Origin: an uncultured virus (IMG/VR IMGVR_UViG_3300046804_005083)
Taxonomy: Duplodnaviria > Heunggongvirae > Uroviricota > Caudoviricetes
Reading direction: 5' to 3' (one strand)
Length of the DNA: 55,152 nt
Virus record (IMG/VR): IMGVR_UViG_3300046804_005083
Coordinates: 62,001-117,152 of that record
The position numbers and the translations under genes are program-made. Shown here in pieces: positions 9,527-18,174 of this stretch. Within the stretch, counting starts at the first letter, position 1, and every line of letters starts with the position of its first letter. Under the pieces are notes generated by a model that did no database searches, was not told the DNA's origin, and worked only from the letters and a program-made list of their open reading frames with translations.

Positions 9527-10873
9527 ATGGGAAAGAATACTGCGGCAGCTGCAGGAGAAGGTAAAATTGAAGAGTTTGTTATTTTTTCAAACGATTCAAG
9601 TGAAAAAGAAAAAAAATTAGATATAGTTGGTGGATTAATAGAACTTATAATTACAGAAAGTATTCTTGACAATTCAGTTAGAGCAAGGTACACCTATGCT
9701 GATGTTGGACATGGAGAAGGAAGAACAACAGCATCGGATGAAAAGGGTGATATAAATCTAAGCACTTCAGAAAAATGTCACCTAGTGGTTTCTGATGGAT
9801 TTGGTAATAAAATTGTTTTTAAAGATGACTACCATTTAAGAGTAAAAAATAGAGGCAATAAAGAAACTACTCGTAATTCTATATTAACTTTGGATTTTTA
9901 CTCGGAAGAAAGTATAAAAAATACTTGGGAAGAAACAAGAGTCATTAAAAGTTTTGATGGAAAAATAACAAATCACGTATATGATATATTAAAAAATATT
10001 TTAAAAACTCCTAAAAATGTTTCTGGTGATCCTGGACTGAATAATTTTGTTTTTACTGGAAAAACTGAAATGCCATTTTATGTTATTCCTTGGTTAGCAA
10101 AAAGATGTATTCCAGACTTCGGACCACCTGGAAAATATGCAGGATATTTTTTCTATGAGGTTTCTGATAATGGAAGTAAAACTGGAGGTTATAGATTTAA
10201 ATCAATAGATGTATTAACGCAACAAACTCCAAAATTAAAACTTTCTTATACTGATACTACAGTTCTTCCTATTGGATATGATATGGGAATTGTTGATTAT
10301 TCATTTAATAATAACTTGGATTTAGAAAAAATATTAAAAACAGGTTCTTATGTACCTTCAAAATTAAAAACATTTAGTCCATATTCAAATGAATATAAAG
10401 AGACAGTATTTAATGATTTTGAAAGATTGACTCAATTTAATTTATTAGGTCAAGAGATTCCAAAAATAGGAACGGATTTAGATTTGATCAATAAGTCAAC
10501 AAGAATCTCAACAAAAATAAAACAAGATGATGTAAGTAACACTGGAAAATCTTTAAAAGATCAATTAGAAGTGTCTAAAGGAAAATATATTAACTACCCA
10601 GAGGATCAAATTATAAATCAATCTAGATCAAGATATAATAATCTTTTTAACATAAGACTTAGTATTACTATTCCTGGAAGATTTGATCTTCATGCGGGAG
10701 ATTTAGTTCATTGCGATTTTCCAGAAGTATCATCAAAGAAAACACAAGTTGTAAGTGATAAAAAAAGTGGACTATATATGATAGTAGATGTGGGTCATCG
10801 AATTAGTAAAAACAGTTGTTATACTACATTAAATCTCACTAGAGAATCTATTTACAGAAAAGGATCAAGATGA
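9527..10873 (+). CDS. Baseplate hub / tail protein (gp27/gpD-like)
   Basis: ITESILD, AGYFFYE, YRFKSID, ITIPGRFDLHAGD, SGLYMI; upstream of gp5. Confidence 0.65.
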   Translation: MGKNTAAAAGEGKIEEFVIFSNDSSEKEKKLDIVGGLIELIITESILDNSVRARYTYADVGHGEGRTTASDEKGDINLSTSEKCHLVVSDGFGNKIVFKDDYHLRVKNRGNKETTRNSILTLDFYSEESIKNTWEETRVIKSFDGKITNHVYDILKNILKTPKNVSGDPGLNNFVFTGKTEMPFYVIPWLAKRCIPDFGPPGKYAGYFFYEVSDNGSKTGGYRFKSIDVLTQQTPKLKLSYTDTTVLPIGYDMGIVDYSFNNNLDLEKILKTGSYVPSKLKTFSPYSNEYKETVFNDFERLTQFNLLGQEIPKIGTDLDLINKSTRISTKIKQDDVSNTGKSLKDQLEVSKGKYINYPEDQIINQSRSRYNNLFNIRLSITIPGRFDLHAGDLVHCDFPEVSSKKTQVVSDKKSGLYMIVDVGHRISKNSCYTTLNLTRESIYRKGSR

Positions 10874-11085
10874 CAAGATCACTTCAACAACACATTAATG
10901 ATGATAGGGATGAACTTGATAATCCCAACACAAGTGGACAAAGAAAACGCCATCTAGAAGATGAACTAAATTCACTTGAACAATACCAATCAAATCATCC
11001 AGATACAAATCACGATCCAAATCCCTTAGAACTTTATTGTGATTTAAATCCAGAATCTCCAGAGTGTAAATTTTATGAGGTGTGA
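10870..11085 (+). CDS. cp12: CP12 Calvin-cycle regulator (auxiliary metabolic gene)
   Basis: 71 aa acidic; HDPNPLELYCDLNPESPECKFYE C-terminal Cys pair typical of cyanophage CP12. Confidence 0.92.
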   Translation: MTRSLQQHINDDRDELDNPNTSGQRKRHLEDELNSLEQYQSNHPDTNHDPNPLELYCDLNPESPECKFYEV

Positions 11086-11091
11086 TAAGTA

Positions 11092-13833
11092 ATGACCTTT
11101 TATAATAATCAATCCATAGGTGAATATGGAGGATTCTGGATTGGTCAAGTAGTTGATGAAGCAAATTGGATTGATAATGTCAATCCAAAATTCCATAATC
11201 GTGATGATATTCCTGGTTGGGGATCTAGATGTAAAGTCAGAATTATTGGTAGAGATCCTCAACAAAAAGTAACTCCAGATGATAAATTGGAGATGGCAGA
11301 AATTTGGGTTCCAACCACGGCAGGTAGTGGTCATGGTGGGGCTCATCAAACACATAGTATTCGTCAAGGATGTTATGTTGCAGGTTTTTATAAAGATGGT
11401 ATTGATAAAAGAGAACCTGTTGTAACTTTTATACTTCCAAACAATTCTCAAACCAGATTATTTGGCGGAGATCCTGATATAGGATATGTTGCTAGAAGTG
11501 GATATCTAGGCAAAAGTGGAAACGTTCCAGTATCAACAAAGAACATTTATCTTGCTGGACCAAATAGTTCAACAATAGATGAAGCAAAAGGAACATCTCC
11601 TACAACTTCCGATGTCAGAAATGCTGACCAACAAAAAGATGGAAATAGATGTCATTATATTCCAAAAACAAAAGCTTGCGATGGTGCTGGAGGAGAATTA
11701 AAGGGAATACAGAAATTTATTAAAGATGCTCTTGCTCTTATTAATAGAATTAAAGCAGAGGCAAATGCATTTTTAGGAGCAGCATCAGATCTTACTGCAA
11801 GTATTTCTCAAATTGTAAATAACGTAAGTTCTGCAATTTCTGGTTTATTCAAAACTCTTCTCGGTAGAATGAGAGGTTATATTACTAAAAAATTAAATGC
11901 AGGAGTAAAAGATTTACTTGATATTATAGTACCAAATCAAAGAGCTAAAATTAATCAATTAAATGAAAAGATAACAGACACACTTCAGTGCGTTTTTAAT
12001 AAGATAATCAATCGTCTTAAGAGTTTAGTTTCAACATTATTAGGACAAATTATAGACAAATATATAAATGCACCTCTATGTGCTGTTGAAAGTTTTGTAG
12101 CAAATTTACTAAGTTCCGTTTTAGGAGATATTACAGGTGCAATTCAATCGGTAATTTCTCAAGTAAGTGGAGTGCTTGGAAAAATTGGCGATATTGCAGG
12201 GAAAGTTTTTGATGTGTTGGATATGGTAACGGGCATTTTAAACTTCTTGTCCTGTGATGAACCATTGGATTGTACAATGGGAGAAGAGTGGAGTTTCTGG
12301 GGTGGTGTAAAATGTGCAACTACAAGTGCAAAAGATGCAGTATCATCTGGTATAAAATCCACATCCGATAAAATTAAAGGATGGATTGCCGGATCTACCG
12401 ATGCCCCACCTTGCAACACTTCTCAACTTCCTTGTGGTCCACCAACCATATCAATTACTGGTGGTGGGGGAAGTGGAGTTTTAGCAAATCCAATTATAAG
12501 TGCGACTGGTTCAATTCTTGGAATTGATTTTGTGAATGGAGGTTCTGGATATGTTTCTCCTCCTAATATTAATATTGTTGATAGTTGTGGTATTGGCAAT
12601 GGTGCGGTAGTTGTTCCAATTATAAGCACATCTGACACTCAAGAAAATACTGGATTAACTACAATAAATGAGGATACAGTGACCACCACCGAAGGTGAAA
12701 CGGTTATTGAAGGAGGATCAATAACCATCACTAATGGAAGTAATGGGTCAACTGAAGAAACATCTTTAGGAGGTACTGGTGCTGGAGGTACTGGTACTGG
12801 TGGAACTGGAAGTACTAGTACTGGTGTCGGAAATATTATAGGAAGTGGTCAAGCAGTAATTTCTCAAGCAGGAACTTCTGGTGCTAATTACATTACTAAC
12901 GCAACTATTATGTCAAGTGGAGGAAAAGTAACTTCTACTGGCGGAAATACTGTAGCAACAACTACAGGAGGAAATACTACTGGATATGGTTTAAATGTAT
13001 CAATAACTGGAGGAACATCAACATTTGTAAATGGGGTTCAAACTGTTACTGGAGGAAAAGTAACTCTTACTGGAGGAACAGTTACTACCAATGGAGGATC
13101 TACTCAAGTTTCTTCTTTAAATAATGCAGGTTCTATAGTTGGATCAGTGATTGTCAATCCAGGAACTGGATACTTATCTGCACCTAATGGAAGCACTGGT
13201 GGAAATGGATCTGTATTTTCTAAAGTTGGAGATACGATATTATTCAATAGTAATTCTGGGTATAACGTTTATGGACCAAATCAAACTATATCTGTTTTAG
13301 ATGGGGATTTAATTTATACTCCTGCAGGAACTGTTTCTGAAGTGTATAATAATGATGGAGAAATAGTTCAAACGATAATAGGTAAAGGAGGAACTTCACC
13401 AATTAATATAACGTCTTCTGGAACCTTAACAACTCCAAACTATGTTTCCGATGAAGCACTCGGTATGAATAGAGATTCTCCCTCTTCTAATGGATCTTAT
13501 CCTGTTGTATTAACGATTAAAGATGTTGCGATTTTAAATGGTGGTGTAAATTATGATCCAAATGATGAAATTGTCATTTCACCAGACAATGGGGCAGAGT
13601 TGAAACCAATATTTAATGATGTAGGAAGACTGATTGATGTAAAGATTATAAATTCAGGTATTGGATTTACAGAGTTTCCAAATCTTTTCATACAATCACA
13701 AAATGGTATTAATGCCGTAATTGTTCCAGTCTTTGATATTTTAAGAGTCAATGATCTTTCTGAAGATCAAGATATTATTCCACCTGGAACTCCTATAATT
13801 AGTGTAGTAGATTGTGTAGGTAGAGTAATTTAA
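11092..13833 (+). CDS. gp5: Baseplate hub / central spike protein gp5-like (OB-fold N-terminus)
   Basis: FWIGQVVD, RCKVRIIG, PTTAGSG, VAGFYKDG...PV; GGSGY/PGTGY repeats; no T4 lysozyme motif seen. Confidence 0.78.
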   Translation: MTFYNNQSIGEYGGFWIGQVVDEANWIDNVNPKFHNRDDIPGWGSRCKVRIIGRDPQQKVTPDDKLEMAEIWVPTTAGSGHGGAHQTHSIRQGCYVAGFYKDGIDKREPVVTFILPNNSQTRLFGGDPDIGYVARSGYLGKSGNVPVSTKNIYLAGPNSSTIDEAKGTSPTTSDVRNADQQKDGNRCHYIPKTKACDGAGGELKGIQKFIKDALALINRIKAEANAFLGAASDLTASISQIVNNVSSAISGLFKTLLGRMRGYITKKLNAGVKDLLDIIVPNQRAKINQLNEKITDTLQCVFNKIINRLKSLVSTLLGQIIDKYINAPLCAVESFVANLLSSVLGDITGAIQSVISQVSGVLGKIGDIAGKVFDVLDMVTGILNFLSCDEPLDCTMGEEWSFWGGVKCATTSAKDAVSSGIKSTSDKIKGWIAGSTDAPPCNTSQLPCGPPTISITGGGGSGVLANPIISATGSILGIDFVNGGSGYVSPPNINIVDSCGIGNGAVVVPIISTSDTQENTGLTTINEDTVTTTEGETVIEGGSITITNGSNGSTEETSLGGTGAGGTGTGGTGSTSTGVGNIIGSGQAVISQAGTSGANYITNATIMSSGGKVTSTGGNTVATTTGGNTTGYGLNVSITGGTSTFVNGVQTVTGGKVTLTGGTVTTNGGSTQVSSLNNAGSIVGSVIVNPGTGYLSAPNGSTGGNGSVFSKVGDTILFNSNSGYNVYGPNQTISVLDGDLIYTPAGTVSEVYNNDGEIVQTIIGKGGTSPINITSSGTLTTPNYVSDEALGMNRDSPSSNGSYPVVLTIKDVAILNGGVNYDPNDEIVISPDNGAELKPIFNDVGRLIDVKIINSGIGFTEFPNLFIQSQNGINAVIVPVFDILRVNDLSEDQDIIPPGTPIISVVDCVGRVI

Positions 13834-14504
13834 TGGCAATAGATCTTTCAAGTTTAAAAATTAGAAGTGCAACTGGCGAAAAGGAAAATCCACATTTAAC
13901 TTCCTACGGAAATGATCTTGGCGAAATTCAATTTGGAGTTTTAAGAGCATCAAATCCAGAGGTTACTTCTTCTGATACTACTGCTGGTGTTCATTTGCAA
14001 GGTTATAATTCTCTTCATTATATGACCTTTGAGGCTGATGGTCCTAGAGCAGGATGGACATTAAATCGTTGTCCAGGTCCTTATCAAATTATATCTGCTT
14101 CAAATAATGCTGGGGTAGTTGGAGAAACAGGATCGCAAACTTGGCCGGGTGTTGGATATTTTCTTTTAGCAGAAAACGGAGACATTGTAATCCGTGCTCC
14201 TAAAGGTAGAATTCGTATGTCTGCTTTAGATATAGATATAAGAGCAGATGGTCCGGATAATACAAAAGGATCTATTAACTTAGATTCTAATCAATCAGTA
14301 AACATCAAAACTCAAACTTTTGATGTGTCGGCAGATTCTGGAATAAAAATTTTTACTCCAAAAAGTATGAATCTTGTTGCTAATACTTCCATGGCAATGG
14401 TAAGTAATTTTATAAATGGATTAACTGCTGCTTCTGCAAATAAACCAAATAAATCTGCACCAGCAACTCAATCTAGTTCAAGATTAAATCAATATTACGT
14501 TTAA
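13833..14504 (+). CDS. Structural protein, spike beta-helix-like
   Basis: AENGDIVIRAPKGRIRMSALDIDIRA beta repeats; TAATG-coupled to gp5. Confidence 0.5.
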   Translation: MAIDLSSLKIRSATGEKENPHLTSYGNDLGEIQFGVLRASNPEVTSSDTTAGVHLQGYNSLHYMTFEADGPRAGWTLNRCPGPYQIISASNNAGVVGETGSQTWPGVGYFLLAENGDIVIRAPKGRIRMSALDIDIRADGPDNTKGSINLDSNQSVNIKTQTFDVSADSGIKIFTPKSMNLVANTSMAMVSNFINGLTAASANKPNKSAPATQSSSRLNQYYV

Positions 14505-14508
14505 AATT

Positions 14509-15294
14509 ATGGCATTTCAACAAGACGATGTATGCGTATCCCATCAACTTGTGGTAGGAGATGGATTTCCAGTCACAGTTTTAGGAGTTGGAGAAGCAAA
14601 AGTCAGAGGATCTGCATTCATAGAAGGTCCTGCAGTATTTGGAGATTCAATGACATTTCCAAATGTTTGGGCAACGGTGATGATAGGTCCAAATTCTAAT
14701 ATTGATTCATTACCACCTATAATTCCTGGCACACTATGCACTGGAGTTCATAATCCATATTCTCTTGCAGTTCAAGGACCATCCGCATTTATGGATACCG
14801 TTGACACAGCATTAGGAATTAATGTTGGAACAAATCTAATAGCACAGGGAGAGGTAATTTCACGTTGCGGAAAACATATTCTTTCTGCTAAAAAGAATTT
14901 TGATATTCCTCACCCATCAAAAGAAGGATGGAGATTGAGACATACTTGCCCAGAAGGTCCATCTAATGATGTCTATATAAGAGGAAGAATTAAAAATAAA
15001 ACAGAAATAGATCTTCCAGAATACTGGGAAAATTTGGTAGATTCAAAGTCAATTACAGTTAATTTGACTCCTATTGGTGCTCATCAAGATATAATTGTAA
15101 AAAGAATTGGAGAGAATAAAATATTTTTGCAATCAAAAGGTGGCATTCCAATTGATTGCTTTTATCATATTTTTGCCGAAAGATGTGATGGTGAAAAATT
15201 AATTCCAGAATACAAAGGAGAAAGTCCTGCAGATTATCCGGGAAATAATGATGAGTATTCAGTTTCAGGATACCACTATGATGTTAAGGAGTAA
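14509..15294 (+). CDS. Tail-associated protein with C-terminal KNFDIPHP...EGP domain
   Basis: C-terminal half alignable to next ORF. Confidence 0.55.
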   Translation: MAFQQDDVCVSHQLVVGDGFPVTVLGVGEAKVRGSAFIEGPAVFGDSMTFPNVWATVMIGPNSNIDSLPPIIPGTLCTGVHNPYSLAVQGPSAFMDTVDTALGINVGTNLIAQGEVISRCGKHILSAKKNFDIPHPSKEGWRLRHTCPEGPSNDVYIRGRIKNKTEIDLPEYWENLVDSKSITVNLTPIGAHQDIIVKRIGENKIFLQSKGGIPIDCFYHIFAERCDGEKLIPEYKGESPADYPGNNDEYSVSGYHYDVKE

Positions 15295-15299
15295 TTAAA

Positions 15300-15920
15300 A
15301 TGACTGATAAATTTACACCAAAAAATATTGGTAATGAAGATTGCAATTATGTCAATACTACTTTAGTTCCTACAAGTTCTTGGCAATTTCAAATTTACCC
15401 CTCAACAGGGGATTCTGAGTATCCAGTTGATGCTTGCCCAATTTATAGGCACGATTTCCTTGAATGCACTGATTTAAAATGGGCAGGAGGAATTTTATCG
15501 GTAAAAGCACCAATTTGGGATTCTAAAAAATCATTTGATATTCCTCACCCCACAAAAGAAAACCATAGAATTCGTTATATTTGTTTAGAAGGTCCAGAAG
15601 CAGAGGTTTATTTTAGAGGAAAATTAAAAAACGAAACAATTATTAAACTTCCTGATTATTGGAGAGATTTAGTTGATGTTGAGACAATAGGAGTCACATT
15701 AACTCCTATTGGAAATTGGCAAGAATTGTTTGTTGAGAAAGTTGAATGGGGAACTCACATTCATATAAAAAATAATTCTGGTGCATCAATTAATTGTAGT
15801 TTCGTTGTTTATGGAGAAAGAAAAGACGTTTCTAAAAATATTTCTGTCTACGAAGGAAAATCGCCAAATGATTATCCAGGAGATAATAGAGAGTATGTAA
15901 TTAATGGGGGGAGGTCTTGA
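15300..15920 (+). CDS. Tail-associated protein, paralogue of previous ORF
   Basis: KSFDIPHPTKE..RIRYICLEGPE..YFRG..LPDYW..LTPIG..DYPG. Confidence 0.55.
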   Translation: MTDKFTPKNIGNEDCNYVNTTLVPTSSWQFQIYPSTGDSEYPVDACPIYRHDFLECTDLKWAGGILSVKAPIWDSKKSFDIPHPTKENHRIRYICLEGPEAEVYFRGKLKNETIIKLPDYWRDLVDVETIGVTLTPIGNWQELFVEKVEWGTHIHIKNNSGASINCSFVVYGERKDVSKNISVYEGKSPNDYPGDNREYVINGGRS

Positions 15921-15945
15921 CACCAGCACCCCACCGTGCTATGAT
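15917..15945 (+). promoter_or_regulatory. Sigma70-type early promoter
   Basis: TTGACA-17 bp-TATGAT with extended -10 TG. Confidence 0.8.
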
Positions 15946-15971
15946 ACTAAGGTAATCACGAGACGAACCGA

Positions 15972-16154
15972 ATGCAAGATGAGTACCTGACACGATGCGT
16001 CGTTGATCCAATCAAACGAACCGTGTATCTTTACTCTAGTGAGGGGTCAGAAAAGCAAGTGTCCTGTGATACGGTTGAAGAGTTTATGAATGTGCTAGAA
16101 TTTGTTCGTGCTACAGTGGATGAGGAAACACTCTCATACGCAAATCCACTTTAA
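15972..16154 (+). CDS. Small hypothetical protein
   Basis: 60-aa ORF directly after early promoter. Confidence 0.7.
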   Translation: MQDEYLTRCVVDPIKRTVYLYSSEGSEKQVSCDTVEEFMNVLEFVRATVDEETLSYANPL

Positions 16155-16212
16155 AATCCATTTTTGGTCGAAAAAATTCTCCGGTAAAAATTGCCCTTAT
16201 TACTTTTTTTAA

Positions 16213-16392
16213 ATGCGTCCAGAAACACGACAATCAATGGAAATGTTGTTCACTGCAAAGTGGAACGTTCCGACCGCAGCAAAAAACTGTAATCTCACAA
16301 ACAAAGAAATGAAGATTACGTTTAATGAATACTGCACTTTACATCCACCGACTTATGTGGTAGAATCGGGTAGTCAACTCAATCTTTTTTGA
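16213..16392 (+). CDS. Small hypothetical protein (59 aa)
   Basis: Hand-translated MRPETRQSMEMLFTAKWNVPTAAKNCNLTNKEMKITFNEYC...QLNLF. Confidence 0.7.
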   Translation: MRPETRQSMEMLFTAKWNVPTAAKNCNLTNKEMKITFNEYCTLHPPTYVVESGSQLNLF

Positions 16393-16411
16393 GTTTTTTA
16401 TGAGTTAAAAA

Positions 16412-16849
16412 ATGAAAATATAGGGTCCTTATACTGGAAAAGACGGAAGACAAAGAATTGTTCTTTATGAAAATGGAAAAAGAACAACGGTTTCTTATCC
16501 AAAATATCTTTTAGAACAAAAAATTGGTAGACCTCTTTTGCCCGATGAAACTTGTGACCATATAGATGGAGATGTATCAAACAATTCTCTTGACAATTTA
16601 CAAGTTTTAAGTAGAATTGATAATATAAAAAAACACGCAGCGGTACATAATAAAGCAGAAATGATTTATTCTGTGTGTCCCGAGTGTAATAAATCTTTCT
16701 ATAAATCAGCAAGAGACATTAGACATAACAATATAAAACAACAAAAAGTTGGTCCATTTTGTTCTAAATCTTGTGCTGGTAAATATGGTCAAAGATTAAA
16801 CAAAACTTTTAGAGGAGGAAAACCAAATCTAAACTATAAGCCCGTGTGA
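16412..16849 (+). pseudogene. HNH homing endonuclease with in-frame TAG at codon 4
   Basis: ATG AAA ATA TAG GGT CCT TAT then open: GPYTGKDGRQ..SYPKYLLEQKIGR..CDHIDGDVSNNSLDNLQ..N..H, plus CPEC...FCSKSC Zn motif. Confidence 0.75.
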
Positions 16850-16913
16850 CCCAGCGGAATGAGGTTCTCGACTTAAAATCGAGCAGTCGGCGGTTCGAAT
16901 CCGCCCACGGGTA
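16840..16913 (+). tRNA. trnL: tRNA-Leu(UAA), short variable loop, CCA not encoded
   Basis: Acceptor GCCCGTG/CACGGGT, anticodon arm CTCGA-CTTAAAA-TCGAG, T arm GGCGG-TTCGAAT-CCGCC. Confidence 0.85.
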
Positions 16914-16962
16914 TTGGAAGATTTAAACGTCTTCTAAATAATCAAAAGTAGGAACAAATCCT

Positions 16963-17232
16963 ATGAAGTACAGAATTGATACCAGATATGTATGGTACAA
17001 TCGTGGATCCCAAATAGTCCTAATGTATTTCATTCAGAATATTCCATTTTCTTTTGATGATGTTCCAGATGATGGTTTAAATGATTTGGAACTAATTAAT
17101 TTGGCAGATAAACAAAAACGTTGGGAACCAGAGGATTTATATCAAGCATCCTACTATCTTATGATGGAAGAATGTCATCCTCTTATGTTTGAAGTCGATC
17201 TGGAAAATCCAGAAATGATGCCTGCAGATTAA
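16963..17232 (+). CDS. Hypothetical protein
   Basis: 89-aa ORF with AGGA SD; CTAAATA upstream. Confidence 0.7.
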   Translation: MKYRIDTRYVWYNRGSQIVLMYFIQNIPFSFDDVPDDGLNDLELINLADKQKRWEPEDLYQASYYLMMEECHPLMFEVDLENPEMMPAD

Positions 17233-17233
17233 T

Positions 17234-17304
17234 GCCCCTAAAGCATTGTGGTGATGCACCGCTCTTGTAAAGCGGAGACGACAGTTCAATTCTGTCTAGG
17301 GGCT
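17234..17304 (+). tRNA. trnT: tRNA-Thr(UGU), CCA not encoded
   Basis: GCCCCTA/TAGGGGC acceptor, GCAT/ATGC D stem, CCGCT-CTTGTAA-AGCGG, GACAG-TTCAATT-CTGTC. Confidence 0.88.
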
Positions 17305-17324
17305 CTTAAAACACAAGTTTTAAA

Positions 17325-17495
17325 ATGAAAATCAATCTCTGGTACTGCAAAGATATGCAACAGTGGCGTTGGACGCTATGTGATGATTCACGTCCTATTG
17401 TCAAACAAGAATCGGGGCAACAACCATTTCTTCGTGATGCTATGAATGATGTTGCCAATACCGTAGAATATATGATGAAACCCTCACAAGAATGA
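17325..17495 (+). CDS. Small hypothetical protein (56 aa)
   Basis: Hand-translated MKINLWYCKDMQQWRWTLCDD...ESGQQPFLRDAMNDVANTVEYM; ATGA overlap with next gene. Confidence 0.7.
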   Translation: MKINLWYCKDMQQWRWTLCDDSRPIVKQESGQQPFLRDAMNDVANTVEYMMKPSQE

Positions 17496-18118
17496 GTAAA
17501 AATACTCAATACTTTATAGATAGAGTAAGTAAAAAGGAACTTGAACCACTCCTTTTAACTTATCATTATCTTAAGGATGAAAGTAAATCATACAAGTCGG
17601 GTTTTAATTATGGACTCTTCAAGTATAACGAATGGGAATGCCCTCTTAGAATTGGCAGCCCTCTTGCTTGCTGCATTTTTACTGGTTTCCCAGTACCAGA
17701 AATAGCAGTTGGTGCTTTTGGATTACAAAGACACGAACAAGAAGGTCTTTATGAACTCTCTAGACTATGCGTTCATCCAGATCTTCAAAAGACCGAATAT
17801 AATATCACTTCTTGGTTTGTTTCAAGGTGCATAAAAAGGTTTCGTAAGGAAACAAACGTAAGAGCAATATTATCTTATGCTGACTCCTCTCATCATTCTG
17901 GAGTGATTTATCGTGCTACAAACTTTAAATATTATGGACTCACAGATCCTAAAAAAGACTTTTATTATGCTGATGGTACAAAACATTCAAGAGGAAGTGT
18001 TAAAGGTGCTGAAGGAGAATGGAGAGAGAGGAGTCGTAAACACAGATATCTTTTGGTATATGATAAGGCATTAAATATTCTTTGGAAAGAACAAAAATAT
18101 TTCTCAACCTCCGAGTAA
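17492..18118 (+). CDS. mom: Mom-family (GNAT-fold) adenine modification enzyme
   Basis: YHYL, ELSRLC, SWFVSRCIK, LSYADS..HSGVIYRATNFKYYG, KHRY motifs. Confidence 0.75.
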   Translation: MSKNTQYFIDRVSKKELEPLLLTYHYLKDESKSYKSGFNYGLFKYNEWECPLRIGSPLACCIFTGFPVPEIAVGAFGLQRHEQEGLYELSRLCVHPDLQKTEYNITSWFVSRCIKRFRKETNVRAILSYADSSHHSGVIYRATNFKYYGLTDPKKDFYYADGTKHSRGSVKGAEGEWRERSRKHRYLLVYDKALNILWKEQKYFSTSE

Positions 18119-18133
18119 TCGGGGGTTTTCTTG
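18106..18133 (+). terminator. Rho-independent terminator
   Basis: AACCTCCGA-GTAA-TCGGGGGTT followed by TTCTT. Confidence 0.65.
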
Positions 18134-18135
18134 TT

Positions 18136-18143
18136 GATAAATA
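18136..18143 (+). promoter_or_regulatory. Late promoter GATAAATA
   Basis: About 30 nt upstream of large structural gene, just after terminator. Confidence 0.65.
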
Positions 18144-18174
18144 ACTTATAACGGAACTATAAGAATTAATAAAA

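Noticed and set aside
16153..16211. A/T-tract intergenic stretch as bent DNA or ncRNA
   Set aside because: Tracts are not regularly phased and no stable fold is evident in an AT-rich background.
16421..16423. Genome-wide TAG recoding
   Set aside because: TAG acts as a normal stop at 2840, 30336, 33465 and 39693, and long genes have no internal TAG.
16398..16712. Minus-strand 104-aa ORF
   Set aside because: Antisense to the HNH frame; no motifs.
16872..16878. Ochre suppressor tRNA (reading TTA as anticodon)
   Set aside because: The 7-nt loop CT-TAA-AA places TAA at positions 34-36.
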